DNA of 39,092 bases, taken from assembly GCA_003141195.1 (NCBI GenBank), contig PLLC01000080.1, positions 21,624-60,715 of the forward strand, given 5' to 3'. Below, one piece after another: positions 17,125-28,989 of this stretch (positions within the stretch are counted from its first letter, which is position 1; each line of letters begins with the position of its first letter). The notes under the pieces were generated by a model that was not told where the DNA came from, made no database searches, and was given only the letters and a program-made list of their open reading frames with translations. The position numbers and the translations under genes are program-made. Source of the DNA: Syntrophaceae bacterium (lineage in GTDB: Bacteria > Desulfobacterota > Syntrophia > Syntrophales > UBA5619).

Positions 17125-18494
17125 TCCTCGATCTCCGCGATCCGTCTGCGGACTGTCTCCTCCGCCGTGCCGCCCGTCGCTTTCCGCGCGTTGACCGACT
17201 GTCGAACGGTCAGACACCGGAACACATCCTTTTCGAAGCCCTTGTAAAACCTCCGGAACTCCCGAAGGGTCAGTCCGGTCAGTTCCTTCCCGTTCTGAAT
17301 GCAGAACGAGACGATCCTCCCGACGATGCCGTGGGCCTCCCGGAACGGCACCCCCTTCATGACCAGGTATTCGGCCACATCCGTCGCCGTGGCGAATCCT
17401 CCTGCCGCCCCCACCTCCATCCGTTCCCGGTTGTAGGTAAGACGGCCGATCATCGCGGTGAGGATCCCGAGACAGGCCTCCACCGTATCGACCGTGTCGA
17501 AGAGGGGCTCCTTGTCCTCCTGAAGATCCCGGTTGTAGGTCATGGGCAGACCCTTCAGGATCGTAAGCAGTGCAATGAGGTTCCCGTAGACGCGCCCCGT
17601 CTTCCCGCGGATCAGCTCCGCCACATCGGGGTTCTTCTTCTGGGGCATGATGCTGCTGCCCGTCGTGAAGGCGTCGGCGATCTGAACATATCCGAACTCG
17701 TCGCTGGACCATAGGACCAGATCCTCGCAGAAACGGCTCAGGTGCATCATGATAAGCGATGCGACGAAGATGAACTCCGCGACGAAATCACGGTCGGAAA
17801 CCGTATCGATGCTGTTGGCGGTCACCTCGGGAAACTTGAGCAGCCTGGCGACATAATGACGGTCGATGGGAATCCCCGTCCCCGCCAGCGCCGCCGCACC
17901 GAGCGGCATGACGTTCACCCGCTTCAGGCATTCCCGGAGGCGCGCCTCATCCCGGTCAAACATCTCCCGGAAGGCCAGCAGGTAATGGGACAGCAGCACC
18001 GGCTGCGCCTTCTGCATGTGGGTGTAGCCGGGAAGGATCACGCCCATTTCCTTTTTCGCGAGTTCGAGAAAACCCGTCTTCAGGGCGTCTGTGAGTTCGA
18101 CCACCCGGCCGATCTCCGCCCGCAGGTAGAGGCGGATGTCGAGGGCGATCTGGTCGTTCCGGCTCCGGGCCGCGTGGAGCTTTCCGCCGGTCTCGCCGAT
18201 CCGGGCCGTGAGGGCCTTCTCGACCGCCATGTGGATGTCCTCGTCGTCGGAGTGAAAGGCAAAGGTCCCCGCCTCGATGTCGGCCAGGATTCCCCGGAGG
18301 CCGGTCCGAATCGCCTTTGCCTCTCCCTTTGTGATGATCCCCTGCTTCGCAAGCATCCGGGCGTGGGCGACGCTCCCCTCGATGTCGTACCGATAGAGGC
18401 GACGGTCGTAATGAATCGAGGAGGTGAAGGCCTCCACCTCCCGATCCGTCGGCTCGCTGAACCGCCCTCCCCAGGGTTTTTTGCCTTTCTTCAT
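17118..18494 (-). CDS. argH: Argininosuccinate lyase
   Basis: WGGRF, RSRNDQ, PGYTHMQKAQP, GSSIMPQKKNPD. Confidence 0.98.
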   Translation of the reverse strand: MKKGKKPWGGRFSEPTDREVEAFTSSIHYDRRLYRYDIEGSVAHARMLAKQGIITKGEAKAIRTGLRGILADIEAGTFAFHSDDEDIHMAVEKALTARIGETGGKLHAARSRNDQIALDIRLYLRAEIGRVVELTDALKTGFLELAKKEMGVILPGYTHMQKAQPVLLSHYLLAFREMFDRDEARLRECLKRVNVMPLGAAALAGTGIPIDRHYVARLLKFPEVTANSIDTVSDRDFVAEFIFVASLIMMHLSRFCEDLVLWSSDEFGYVQIADAFTTGSSIMPQKKNPDVAELIRGKTGRVYGNLIALLTILKGLPMTYNRDLQEDKEPLFDTVDTVEACLGILTAMIGRLTYNRERMEVGAAGGFATATDVAEYLVMKGVPFREAHGIVGRIVSFCIQNGKELTGLTLREFRRFYKGFEKDVFRCLTVRQSVNARKATGGTAEETVRRRIAEIEEC

Positions 18495-18592
18495 CTCTCT
18501 TTACCGGCCATCCTCATTATCGTCGCGAGCGGCCCACCTGCAGAGAACCTTCCCTGCCGCGCCCCCCGCAACCTCGTTCCACCGTCCGCGGC

Positions 18593-19804
18593 TCATCCCC
18601 GTGCATTCATCATCGCCAGAATCCGGAGGCGCAGCGCGTTCAGGCGGATGAACCCCGTCGCATCCTTCTGGTCAAAGACCTGATCCTTCTCGAACGTCGC
18701 GAAGTCCTCGCTGTAGAGGGAGAAGGGGGATTTCCTCCCGACGACGATGCAGTTCCCCTTGTAGAGCTTCAGACGCGCCGTCCCCGTGACCCTCTGCTGG
18801 GTATCATCGATGAACCGCTGGAGGACCTCCATCTCCGGGGCGTACCAGAAACCGTTGTAAACAAGCTGCGCATACTTAGGGATCAGGGAATCCCGCATCA
18901 TCATGACCTCGCGGTCCATCGTGATCGATTCGACCGCGCGGTGCGCGGCCCAGAGGACGGTTCCGCCCGGCGTCTCGTAGACCCCGCGCGACTTCATGCC
19001 GACGAAACGGTTCTCAACCATGTCCATGCGGCCGATCCCGTTCGCCCCGGCGATCCCATTCAGATGATCGACGAGCGCGGCCGGGGTCATGGCAATACCA
19101 TCCACGAAGACGGGGTTTCCTTTCTCAAAACCGATCTCTACGTAGGTCGGTCGGTCCGGCGCCGCCTCCGGGGAAACGGTGAGAACGAACATGTCCTCCT
19201 TCGGCTCCGCCCAGGTATCCTCGAGAATTCCCCCTTCGTGGGAGATGTGGAGGAGATTCCGGTCGCTGCTGTAGGGCTTCTCCCTCGTCAAGGGGATGGG
19301 AATCCCGTGCTTCTCCGCATAATCGATCATCGAGGCGCGCGAATCGAACGTCCAGTGCTCGTCCCTCCAGGCCGAGATGATCCGGATCGCCGGATGGAGA
19401 GCCATGTAGGTCAGCTCGAACCGCACCTGGTCGTTCCCTTTCCCCGTGGCCCCGTGGCAAACCGCATCGGCGCCCTCTAACTTCGCGATCTCGAGCTGCC
19501 GCCTGGCGATCAGGGGCCTCGCGAGCGACGTCCCCAGAAGATAGGTCCCCTCGTAAATCGCGTTCGCCCGGAGGGCCGGGAAGACGAAGTTCCGGGCGAA
19601 TTCCTCCCGAAGATCATCGATGTAGACCTTCGCGGCCCCGGTTTTGATCGCCTTTTCCCGGAGTCCCGACAGCTCCTCCTTCTGACCGATGTCGGCGGCA
19701 AAGCAGATCACCTCGCACCCATAGGTTTCGATCAGCCATTTCACGATCACGGACGTATCCAGTCCTCCCGAATAGGCGAGGACGACCTTCTTTACCTCCT
19801 TCAC
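18593..19804 (-). CDS. argG: Argininosuccinate synthase
   Basis: [34 protein letters not shown]. Confidence 0.98.
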   Translation of the reverse strand: MKEVKKVVLAYSGGLDTSVIVKWLIETYGCEVICFAADIGQKEELSGLREKAIKTGAAKVYIDDLREEFARNFVFPALRANAIYEGTYLLGTSLARPLIARRQLEIAKLEGADAVCHGATGKGNDQVRFELTYMALHPAIRIISAWRDEHWTFDSRASMIDYAEKHGIPIPLTREKPYSSDRNLLHISHEGGILEDTWAEPKEDMFVLTVSPEAAPDRPTYVEIGFEKGNPVFVDGIAMTPAALVDHLNGIAGANGIGRMDMVENRFVGMKSRGVYETPGGTVLWAAHRAVESITMDREVMMMRDSLIPKYAQLVYNGFWYAPEMEVLQRFIDDTQQRVTGTARLKLYKGNCIVVGRKSPFSLYSEDFATFEKDQVFDQKDATGFIRLNALRLRILAMMNARG

Positions 19805-19817
19805 GATTCCAACCTCC

Positions 19818-20729
19818 CTATTGCATCAAGATTTCCATTATGGACTTCTGCACGTGGAGACGGTTCTCCGCCTCGTCGATGACGACGGAGCGGGGGCCGT
19901 CGATCACCTCCGCCGTGATCTCCTCCCCCCGGTGGGCGGGCAGGCAGTGCATGACGAGCACGTCCTTTCTCGCCAGGTCGATCAGGGCCTGATTGACCTG
20001 GTAGCCCTGAAATCGCTTCATCTTTTCTTCCCGTTTGGCCTCCTGTCCCATGCTGACCCAGACATCGGTGTAAACGACATCGGCGTCGCGGACGGCCTCC
20101 GCCGGCTCCCGGTGGAGAACGACCCCGGCAGGCGCCTCGGCCGTCCCCCGCTTCAGGATCACCGCGTCCGGATCATACCCGTCGGGACAGGCCAGGTCAA
20201 GGTGAAACGGCAGTTTCGCCGCGGCGTTGATCCAGGAGTTTGCCATGTTGTTTCCGTCGCCGACATAGGCGACCTTCAGTCCCTCGTATCCCCCCCGCTT
20301 CTCGATGATCGTGAACAGGTCGCTCAGGAGCTGGCACGGGTGTAGGAGATCGGTCAGGCCGTTAATGACGGGTATGGTCGCATAGCGGGCGAACTCATCT
20401 ACGGATTCCTGGGAAAAGGTCCGAATCATGATCCCGTTGAGATAACGGGACATGATCCGCGCCGTGTCGGCGATGATCTCCCCGCGGCCCAACTGCGTAT
20501 CCCGACTGTTGAGAAACAGGGCGATCCCGCCCAACTGGAACATCCCGACTTCAAAGGAAATTCTCGTTCGCGTTGAGGATTTGTCGAAAATCATCCCCAG
20601 GGTCTTTCCCTTCAAGGGGGTATGGTCCTTTCCCTCCCGGAGCAGTCGCTTCAGCCGGTGCGCCCCCTCGAAAATGGATTCATAATCGGCCCGTTCCAGG
20701 TCGTATTCACTGAGCAGATCCTTTTTCAT
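19818..20729 (-). CDS. argF: Ornithine carbamoyltransferase
   Basis: SSTRTR, HPCQ, WVSMG, HCLP. Confidence 0.97.
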   Translation of the reverse strand: MKKDLLSEYDLERADYESIFEGAHRLKRLLREGKDHTPLKGKTLGMIFDKSSTRTRISFEVGMFQLGGIALFLNSRDTQLGRGEIIADTARIMSRYLNGIMIRTFSQESVDEFARYATIPVINGLTDLLHPCQLLSDLFTIIEKRGGYEGLKVAYVGDGNNMANSWINAAAKLPFHLDLACPDGYDPDAVILKRGTAEAPAGVVLHREPAEAVRDADVVYTDVWVSMGQEAKREEKMKRFQGYQVNQALIDLARKDVLVMHCLPAHRGEEITAEVIDGPRSVVIDEAENRLHVQKSIMEILMQ

Positions 20730-21913
20730 TTTCCCTCCAGCGCCTCATCCAGGATCCCCACGGCCTTGTCCACATCCTGACGGGTCAGGATCAGGGGCGG
20801 GACAAAACGCAGCACGTTCCCGTTCGTGCAGTTGATGAGTAGCCCTTTTTCCATGCACTTCAGAACAAACTCCGCCCCGGGCACGGTCAGCTCGACGGCG
20901 AGGATCAGTCCCCGTCCGCGGACCTCCCGGATCCGGGAATGTTTTTCCTTCAATTCTCCGAGCCGGAAGAGGAAATATTCCCCCACCTTCCGGCAGTTCT
21001 CGAGTATCCCCTCTTCCAAGATGGTTTCCAGGGTGGCCAGGGCCGCCGCGCAGGCCAGGGGATTGCCGCCGAAGGTCGATCCGTGGCTCCCCGGGACAAA
21101 GGCCGCGGCGATCTTTTCCTTTGCCAAAAGCGCCCCGATGGGGAATCCGTTTCCCAGGGCCTTCGCCAGCGTGATCATGTCCGGCACGGCCTCCGTCTGT
21201 TCGCAGGCGAAGAGCGTCCCCGTCCGGCCGATCCCCGTCTGGACCTCGTCCGCAATCATGAGGAGCCCCTTCTCATCGCAAATCCGCCGGATCCCCTGGA
21301 GATACCCGGGATCGGGAATGATGACGCCGCTCTCCCCCTGGATCGGCTCGACGAGAACGCCGCAGGTTTTCTCCGTCACGGCCGCCTCCAGCGCCGGAAG
21401 GTCGTTGTAAGGCACATACCGGAATCCCTCCGGAAGCGGTGCAAAGCCGACATGAAATCTCTCCTGCGCCGTAGCCGTCACGGTCGCCAGTGTCCGGCCG
21501 TGGAAGGAGTCCTGCATCGTGATCAGTTCATATCTGCCTCCCATGTTTTCCGAGGCGTACTTCCGGGCGAGTTTGATCGCCGCCTCGTTGGCCTCCGCCC
21601 CGCTGTTGCAGAAGAACGCCTTGTCTAACGGAGAATTCTCCACGAGAAGACGCGCCAGAAGGATCTGCGGCGCTATGTGGTAGAGGTTCGAGACGTGGAA
21701 GAGGTTCTCCGCCTGCTCCTTGATCGCAGCGACGACCCTGGGATGGGCATGGCCGAGGGCGCAGACGGCGATCCCCGCGACCAGATCGAGATAGCAGCGG
21801 CCGTCGCTGTCCCAGACATGAACGCCCAGCCCCCTGGTGAGGACGACGGGAAAACGCTTGTAGGTCGACATGATGTAGCGATCGGACAGATCGATCCATT
21901 CCTGTGTGGTCAT
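20726..21913 (-). CDS. argD: Acetylornithine aminotransferase
   Basis: NSGAEANE, FHGRT, DEVQTG, LAKALG, HGSTFGGNP; start placed at MTTQEW, since the longer ORF runs through a repeat. Confidence 0.95.
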   Translation of the reverse strand: MTTQEWIDLSDRYIMSTYKRFPVVLTRGLGVHVWDSDGRCYLDLVAGIAVCALGHAHPRVVAAIKEQAENLFHVSNLYHIAPQILLARLLVENSPLDKAFFCNSGAEANEAAIKLARKYASENMGGRYELITMQDSFHGRTLATVTATAQERFHVGFAPLPEGFRYVPYNDLPALEAAVTEKTCGVLVEPIQGESGVIIPDPGYLQGIRRICDEKGLLMIADEVQTGIGRTGTLFACEQTEAVPDMITLAKALGNGFPIGALLAKEKIAAAFVPGSHGSTFGGNPLACAAALATLETILEEGILENCRKVGEYFLFRLGELKEKHSRIREVRGRGLILAVELTVPGAEFVLKCMEKGLLINCTNGNVLRFVPPLILTRQDVDKAVGILDEALEGK

Positions 21914-21942
21914 CTTTTCCTTACCTCTTACCTCGTTCGTTA

Positions 21943-21967
21943 GGGGACAGATTTCAAATCTGTCCCC
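21943..21967. repeat. 25-bp palindromic element (argB-argD intergenic), with degenerate tail copies to ~21982
   Basis: ggggacagattt c aaatctgtcccc followed by gtccccgtgtcccc. Confidence 0.95.
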
Positions 21968-21991
21968 GTCCCCGTGTCCCCGTGCATGCAC

Positions 21992-22936
<945 letters not shown>

Positions 22937-24319
22937 CTACAGGATATACCGGCTCAGATCCTCATCCTCGACAATCTCATCCAACTGGTCGGCGACATAA
23001 TCGGCGTCGATCACCACCTCCTGACCCCGCATCTCCGGGGCCTCGAAAGAGATCTTGTCGAGAAGTCTCTCCATGATCGTGTAGAGACGCCGCGCCCCGA
23101 TGTTCTCCATCCGGTCGTTCACCAGCGTCGCCGTCTCCGCGATCGCGGCGATCGCCTCCTCCGTAAAGGTGATCCGGACCCCTTCCGTCGCCATCATCTC
23201 CGTATACTGCTTGACGAGGGCGTTGTGGGGCTCGGTGAGGATCCGGATGAATTCGTCCCTGCCCAGGGAGTCGAGTTCCACGCGGATGGGAAAACGCCCC
23301 TGCAGCTCCGGGATCAGGTCCGACGGCTTCGTCGCACTGAACGCCCCGGCCGCGATGAAGAGGACGTGGTCGGTCCGGACCATCCCATAGCGGGTGTTCA
23401 CGGTCGATCCCTCGACGATGGGCAGCAGGTCCCGCTGCACCCCCTCCCGCGAGACGTCCGGACCGTGCGTCCCGTCGCCCCCCACGATCTTGTCGATCTC
23501 ATCGAGGAAGACGATCCCCGACTGTTCGACCCGTTCGATGGCTGTTTTCGTCACCTTTTCCATGTCCACAAGCCGCTGCGCCTCCTCCTCGGCGAGGATC
23601 TCCAACGCCTCGGGGACCTTCACCCGCCGCTTTTTCTTCTTCTGGGGGAAAAGATTTCCCAGCATGTCCTTGACGTTGAGCCCCATATCCTCCATACCGG
23701 CGGAGGAGAAGATCTCGACCATCGGTCCGCTCCGGACCTCGGCCGTCTCGATCTCGACGAAACGGCCGTCCAGACGTCCCTCGTGGAGGAGGCGCCGGAG
23801 CTTATCGCGGGTCGTATCCGGCTCGGGAACGTATTCCGCCTCGATCATCGTCCCGTTTCCGTTGGTGATCATGTCCGTCACCTTCTTCTCCACCGGTTTC
23901 GGCGGGAGAAGGATGTCGAGAAGCCGGTCTTCCGCCAGTTCGGCGGCCTTCGTCTGGACGCGGCCCTGCTCCTCCGACTTGATCATACCGATCGAAAGCT
24001 CCACGAGATCGCGAACCATTGATTCCACGTCCCGTCCCACATAGCCGACCTCGGTGAACTTCGACGCCTCGACCTTGATGAACGGGGAGTTATCCAGTTT
24101 CGCGAGCCGCCGGGCGATCTCGGTCTTGCCCACACCGGTGGGCCCGATCATGATGATGTTCTTCGGGGAGATCTCCTCCCCCATCTCCTGCGAGACATTC
24201 TGGCGGCGCCAGCGATTCCGGAGCGCGATCGCCACGGCCCGCTTGGCCTCCTGTTGTCCGATGATGTACTGATCCAGTTTTTCGACGATCTTTCTCGGCG
24301 TTAAATCATCCGGTGACAT
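22937..24319 (-). CDS. hslU: ATP-dependent protease ATPase subunit
   Basis: [46 protein letters not shown]. Confidence 0.98.
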   Translation of the reverse strand: MSPDDLTPRKIVEKLDQYIIGQQEAKRAVAIALRNRWRRQNVSQEMGEEISPKNIIMIGPTGVGKTEIARRLAKLDNSPFIKVEASKFTEVGYVGRDVESMVRDLVELSIGMIKSEEQGRVQTKAAELAEDRLLDILLPPKPVEKKVTDMITNGNGTMIEAEYVPEPDTTRDKLRRLLHEGRLDGRFVEIETAEVRSGPMVEIFSSAGMEDMGLNVKDMLGNLFPQKKKKRRVKVPEALEILAEEEAQRLVDMEKVTKTAIERVEQSGIVFLDEIDKIVGGDGTHGPDVSREGVQRDLLPIVEGSTVNTRYGMVRTDHVLFIAAGAFSATKPSDLIPELQGRFPIRVELDSLGRDEFIRILTEPHNALVKQYTEMMATEGVRITFTEEAIAAIAETATLVNDRMENIGARRLYTIMERLLDKISFEAPEMRGQEVVIDADYVADQLDEIVEDEDLSRYIL

Positions 24320-24938
24320 GGCTACCTTTTTTGTTTCCGGGGACAGATTTCAAATCTGTCCCCTTTATAGATTTCAAATCTGTCCCCACCGGTTGTTCTT
24401 CTTCAAGGTCGATCTCCTCCACGGTAATGTGGTCGTTCGTATAGATGCAGATCTCGGAGGCGATCTTCACGGATTCCCGCGCGATCTCCGTCGCCGTCAA
24501 CTCGGAATAGCGGACCATCGCCCGGGCCGCCGCGAGGGCGAACGGTCCGCCCGAACCGATGGCCATGACGTTGTCGTCCGACTCGATTACGTCGCCGTTC
24601 CCGGAGATGATCAGAAACGAATCCCGGCTGACGGCAATCATCAGGGCCTCTAAGTGGCGGAGCACCCGGTCCGTCCGCCAGTCCTTCGTCAGCTCTACGG
24701 CCGCCCGGACCAGGTTTCCCTTGTACTGTTCGAGCTTCTGGTCGAAACGGTCGAAAAGGGTGAAGGCGTCGGCGGTCGCCCCGGCGAACCCGACGATCAC
24801 CTGGTCGTGGTAGAGGCGCCTCACCTTTCTCGCCCCGTGTTTCATGACCGTTGTATCGAGCGTCACCTGGCCGTCCCCGGCCACGGTGACCTTTCCCCGG
24901 TGTCTGACGGCCAGGATGGTCGTTCCCCGAATCTTCAT
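24306..24938 (-). CDS. hslV: ATP-dependent protease peptidase subunit with a repeat-derived C-terminal extension
   Basis: [33 protein letters not shown]; tail contains [16 protein letters not shown]. Confidence 0.96.
   Translation of the reverse strand: MKIRGTTILAVRHRGKVTVAGDGQVTLDTTVMKHGARKVRRLYHDQVIVGFAGATADAFTLFDRFDQKLEQYKGNLVRAAVELTKDWRTDRVLRHLEALMIAVSRDSFLIISGNGDVIESDDNVMAIGSGGPFALAAARAMVRYSELTATEIARESVKIASEICIYTNDHITVEEIDLEEEQPVGTDLKSIKGTDLKSVPGNKKGSHVTG
24339..24387. repeat. Palindromic element: full copy (24339-24363) plus tandem partial copy (24369-24387) inside the hslV 3' end
   Basis: ggggacagatttcaaatctgtcccc tttat agatttcaaatctgtcccc. Confidence 0.95.
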
Positions 24939-24941
24939 CTC

Positions 24942-25886
24942 TTAGGTCTTCCCTCCTCCGGCCCGCGGATGGGCACGGTCATAGATCTCCATCAGCCGGC
25001 TCACACTGACCGATGTGTATTTCTGCGTCGATGAAAGACTCTTGTGTCCCAGCATCTCCTGAATGGAACGCAGATCGGCGCCCGCATCCAGAAGATGGGT
25101 GGCAAAGGTGTGCCGCAGCGCATGGGGGCTGATCTTCCGCCCGATCCCGCTCTCCCGGACCACCCATTCCACCACCCGCGAGACGCCCCGCGGATTCATT
25201 CTTTTCCCCCTGGTGCTGAGGAAAAGGGCTTCCTGCCCTTCCTCATCCGTTCCCTCCTTCCGAAGCTCCGGCCGTTTCTGCAGGTAGGCTTCCATCGCCA
25301 GCAGGGCCGGCCGCCCAGCTGGGACGATCCGTTCCTTCCGCCCCTTCCCCCGGACCTTGACGAGCCCTTCCTGAAAACGAATATCCCCGAGGTTCAGCCC
25401 CGTCAGCTCACTCAGGCGGATCCCCGCGGAATAGAAAAGCTCGATCATTGCGCGGTCCCGGCGTCCGGCCGCATCCTCTGCAAATTTCACCTGGAGGAGC
25501 GCCAGCATTTCATCCGCCGACAGGACGACGGGGATGTATTTCTCGCACCGGGGGAGCTGCACGAGCTCCGCGGGGTTGACCGCCACCACCCCCTCCCGGA
25601 GAAGGTACCGGTAGAAGGAGCGCAGCGCCGCCACCTTCCGGGAGATGGTCACCTTCCGGAGTTTCTCCCGGTACAGCGAGGCCAGAAAAGAACGGATCAC
25701 CAGCGGATCCGTGGGGATCGCCCCTTCCACCCCGCCGGAGGGGACAGATTTCAAATCTGTCCCCTCCAAAAAGGCCCGGAACTGTTTCAGATCGGTTAGA
25801 TACCCCTCCCTGGTATGGGAGGAGAGATTCCTCTCGACCTTCATGTATCTGCCAAACTCGCCGATGGCCTGCTCCAGAAGACCCAT
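24942..25886 (-). CDS. xerC: Tyrosine recombinase XerC
   Basis: RNLSSHT..Y..DL, RDRAMIELFYSAGIRLSEL, GKGRKER, HALRHTFATHLL, LGH...STQKY; upstream of hslVU; alternative start 25898. Confidence 0.93.
   Translation of the reverse strand: MGLLEQAIGEFGRYMKVERNLSSHTREGYLTDLKQFRAFLEGTDLKSVPSGGVEGAIPTDPLVIRSFLASLYREKLRKVTISRKVAALRSFYRYLLREGVVAVNPAELVQLPRCEKYIPVVLSADEMLALLQVKFAEDAAGRRDRAMIELFYSAGIRLSELTGLNLGDIRFQEGLVKVRGKGRKERIVPAGRPALLAMEAYLQKRPELRKEGTDEEGQEALFLSTRGKRMNPRGVSRVVEWVVRESGIGRKISPHALRHTFATHLLDAGADLRSIQEMLGHKSLSSTQKYTSVSVSRLMEIYDRAHPRAGGGKT
25737..25767. repeat. Palindromic element inside xerC (extended to 31 bp)
   Basis: ggaggggacagattt c aaatctgtcccctcc, read in frame as [10 protein letters not shown]. 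Confidence 0.95.
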
Positions 25887-25900
25887 CTGTTGCCTCATCA

Positions 25901-25962
25901 GGGGACAGATTTCAAATCTGTCCCCAGTATTCCAGTGTCCCAAATCTGTCCCCAGTGTCCCC
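25901..25962. repeat. Palindromic element upstream of xerC (25901-25925) plus partial copies (25941-25953, 25954-25962)
   Basis: ggggacagatttcaaatctgtcccc ... caaatctgtcccc agtgtcccc. Confidence 0.95.
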
Positions 25963-26013
25963 AGGATCTTCCCGGCCGTCCCTTCGTGGCGGGAAGGAAA
26001 AAAGGGGATCCTT

Positions 26014-26514
26014 TCACATCTTGTACTTTCCAAAATCCTCCGGGGAGAGATTTTCAAGGAACTCCGAGAGTTTTTCCTTCTTCAGCCGGTCCAGATCGGT
26101 CATCTTCGTCCCGAAATCGATATTCCGGGACTTTTCGATCACCCGGTCCTCCACGAAGATCGGGGCGCCGGCCCGGAGGGCAACGGCGATCGCGTCGCTG
26201 GGACGGGCATCGACGATAATGGAGTCTCCCTTGAGCAGGAGGTGGAGATTTGCGAAGAAGGTGTTGTTCCGGAGATCGTGGATCTCCACCCTGGTCACCA
26301 CGACCTTCAGGACCTTGAGGATCTCGTTCAAGAGGTCATGGGTCATGGGGCGTGAAAAGCTTATCTTCTCGATCTCCGTTGCGATAGCGCTCGCCTCAAA
26401 GATGCCGATCCAGATAGGGATCGCTTTCTTCTCTTCGAGGTCTTTCAGGATGACGATCGGGGTATTGGTGATCGGATCCATCGTCAGACCCGACACCTTC
26501 ATCTCAATGAACAT
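26014..26514 (-). CDS. Bifunctional nuclease family protein (DUF151)
   Basis: PIVIL, IPIWIGIFEASAIA, RPMTHDL, DARPSDAIAVALR; start MFIEMKV after GAGGAGG. Confidence 0.93.
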   Translation of the reverse strand: MFIEMKVSGLTMDPITNTPIVILKDLEEKKAIPIWIGIFEASAIATEIEKISFSRPMTHDLLNEILKVLKVVVTRVEIHDLRNNTFFANLHLLLKGDSIIVDARPSDAIAVALRAGAPIFVEDRVIEKSRNIDFGTKMTDLDRLKKEKLSEFLENLSPEDFGKYKM

Positions 26515-27847
26515 CGGCGCCTCCTCGTTCCTCCATCTCGCCCCGCAGGGAATGGGGAAAGGCCTCCACAATCCGCACGGATATCGTCTTTCCGATGAGC
26601 CCGGTTGTCCCAGGGAAATTGACAATCCGGTTTCCACGCGTCCGCCCCGTCATGTCCTCACTCCCGTTTCGGCTCGGCCCCTCGACCAGGACCTCCTCCA
26701 GCCTTCGCACACAGGCCCGGTTCTTCTCCAGGGTATGCTCTTCCTGGAGGGCCTGGAGCATTCTCAACCGTTCCCGCTTTACGCTGTCACATACGGGCCG
26801 GTCCATCCCGACGGCGGCCGTCCCTTCCCGTTCCGAATACTGGAAGGAGAAGAGGTTATCGAAACGGATCTCCCGCATCAGTTCCAGCGTCTCCTGAAAA
26901 TCCCCTTCCTCCTCTCCCGGAAATCCCACGATCACATCGGAGGTGATGCTGATCCCCGGGCAGGCCCGACGGAGGGCTGCCACCTTCTCCCGGTACGCCG
27001 CGGCCGTATAGCCGCGGTTCATCCGCCGGAGCACCCGGTTCGATCCGGATTGCACCGGAAGGTGAATGTGCTCGCAGAGGGAGGCGACCCCCCCGAAACA
27101 TGCAATCAGCCGCGCCGACAGATCCTTCGGATGGGAGGTGGTAAAGCGGATCCTTTCCATCCCGGAAACCTTCCCGATGGCGCCGATCAGCTCCGCAAAA
27201 TCGGTTTTTTCCGGCAGCGTCTGCCCGTACGAGTTCACGTTCTGCCCCAGGAGCGTCACCTCCCGGATACCGTGACCGGCCAACATCTCAACCTCGCGGA
27301 GGATCTCCGGCAGAGGCCGGCTCTCCTCCCTTCCTCGGAGATGCGGCACGACGCAGTAGGCGCAGAAGTTGTTGCACCCCTGCATGATCGTCACAAAAGT
27401 GCCCACCGCCCCTGCGGCCAGTTGCGCCGGAATACCTAGCGAGCGGACCCGGTCGTAGAATCCCGTCTCAACGATCCGTCCCCTCGTCCGTTCCAGTTCG
27501 CCGACCATTTCGGGAAGCCGGTGGATCTGGTGCGTCCCGAAAACCAGATCGACATAGGGCGCCCTCCGGAAGAACCGGTCGCCCCACTGCTGGGCGAGGC
27601 AGCCGCCCACGCCGATCCGAAGACGCGGATTCCCCTCCTTCAAGGTGCGGAACCGCCCCAACTGACTGTAGATCTTCTGGGCCGCCTTCTCGCGGATGCT
27701 GCACGTATTGACGAGGATCAGGTCCGCCCGCCCCGGATCATCCGTCGTCTCATATCCCGACGGCTCCAGCAGGGCTGCCATCTTCTCCGCATCCTGAACG
27801 TTCATCTGGCATCCAAAAGTTTGAATATAGAGCTTTTTTTTCTCCAA
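26504..27847 (-). CDS. miaB: tRNA-2-methylthio-N6-dimethylallyladenosine synthase
   Basis: TFGCQMN, NTCSIRE, CNNFCAYC radical-SAM motif, RFTTSHP, C-terminal TRAM domain; TTG start. Confidence 0.96.
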   Translation of the reverse strand: MEKKKLYIQTFGCQMNVQDAEKMAALLEPSGYETTDDPGRADLILVNTCSIREKAAQKIYSQLGRFRTLKEGNPRLRIGVGGCLAQQWGDRFFRRAPYVDLVFGTHQIHRLPEMVGELERTRGRIVETGFYDRVRSLGIPAQLAAGAVGTFVTIMQGCNNFCAYCVVPHLRGREESRPLPEILREVEMLAGHGIREVTLLGQNVNSYGQTLPEKTDFAELIGAIGKVSGMERIRFTTSHPKDLSARLIACFGGVASLCEHIHLPVQSGSNRVLRRMNRGYTAAAYREKVAALRRACPGISITSDVIVGFPGEEEGDFQETLELMREIRFDNLFSFQYSEREGTAAVGMDRPVCDSVKRERLRMLQALQEEHTLEKNRACVRRLEEVLVEGPSRNGSEDMTGRTRGNRIVNFPGTTGLIGKTISVRIVEAFPHSLRGEMEERGGADVH

Positions 27848-28034
27848 ACCTCCGCTTCCTCACCGAAACATCCTGAAAGTGCATTAATATAGGAAGGGGG
27901 GATAGTCAATACCTTTTTACAGGGATTATTGAAAATCCGGCAGGGAATTCCCTTTCATATTTCCTGGAAGAACATCATAATGTAGGTGTTCATCTTTGTC
28001 CCTGTAACGGCACCGGTTATAAAATACAGATAGG

Positions 28035-28829
28035 TCAGCCCCGCGATCCGAGTCTCAAACCTCCGTGGATAAAGAATACTTCGCCCGCGATCGCCTCATT
28101 CCGGAAAAGCTCGCATACCAGCGAGGCAATTTCTTCCGGTTCTATCAGACGGCCGATGGGGACATCGTCGAGAATTTTGTTCAGGGCCTTGCCGTCCATC
28201 CCTTTGACCATGGAGGTGGCCACGTAGCCGGGTGCAACCGCTACACAGCGGATGCGGCCCGTCAGGTTTCTCCGGAAAAACTCGGCGGTAATAACCTTCG
28301 GAATCACGGATATGGCCGCCTTGGAGGAAGAATAGTTGATTTGACCTGCCGTACCCAATGATCCGGTCGACGACATGAGACAGAGCAGTCCTTTTGAGCC
28401 GGAATTGATCATCTGTTCCGCACACTCCCGGATCGTTAAAAAGACACCGATCAGGTTAATATCCAGAACGGACTGAAATTGCCCCAGCGACATTTTCTGA
28501 TTCACTTTTCCGGTCTCTCTGTCCGTTGAAAGCAGCAGTCCGTCCTTGATGATGCCTGCACAGGGAAGCACGAGATTGATGGCTCCGAATGTCTCGATGG
28601 CAAGGACGGCCAGCCGACGGTTATCTTCCTCCTTCGTCACATCGCAAAGGGTAGACTGGACCTCCCCGCCCAGCTTGACGATTTCCTTTTCCACCCGCGA
28701 AAGATTCTCCGGGATGACGTCGGCAATGACGACCCTGCCGCCTCGCTGCACCCAGTATTTCGCAAAGGCCTCCCCGATGCCGCTTCCGGCACCCGTGATC
28801 ACCGCAACCGCATCCTTGATCTCCAGCAT
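28035..28829 (-). CDS. SDR oxidoreductase (FabG/3-hydroxyacyl-CoA dehydrogenase-like, probably NAD-preferring)
   Basis: TGAGSGIG, Asp at end of beta2 (IADV), catalytic S...YSSSK, APGYVAT. Confidence 0.9.
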   Translation of the reverse strand: MLEIKDAVAVITGAGSGIGEAFAKYWVQRGGRVVIADVIPENLSRVEKEIVKLGGEVQSTLCDVTKEEDNRRLAVLAIETFGAINLVLPCAGIIKDGLLLSTDRETGKVNQKMSLGQFQSVLDINLIGVFLTIRECAEQMINSGSKGLLCLMSSTGSLGTAGQINYSSSKAAISVIPKVITAEFFRRNLTGRIRCVAVAPGYVATSMVKGMDGKALNKILDDVPIGRLIEPEEIASLVCELFRNEAIAGEVFFIHGGLRLGSRG

Positions 28830-28989
28830 CGACAATCCCTCTCAATCGTTCCGCAATATAATTATGTTTCAGACACCTTGATCCCTGTCACAAGAGGATT
28901 CCAAATCCATTTTGAATCAGCGCAGCGGGAACGCCGCACGGCATCCTTTCGAGTAAATTGCTGCCTGAAAGGGTTCTGACGGGTCATAC

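Noticed and set aside
21914-21991. N-terminal extensions of argD (and of xerC, lysA, pepA, miaA, the regulator and the lipoprotein) in the ORF track
   Set aside because: Downstream starts fit family N-termini and mostly have clear RBSs; the extensions run through repeats, promoters or neighbouring genes
24942-25886. Tyrosine recombinase as a phage or integron integrase acting on the palindromes
   Set aside because: Sequence and xerC-hslV-hslU context indicate housekeeping XerC; no IntI-specific insertion; the palindrome resembles neither dif nor attC
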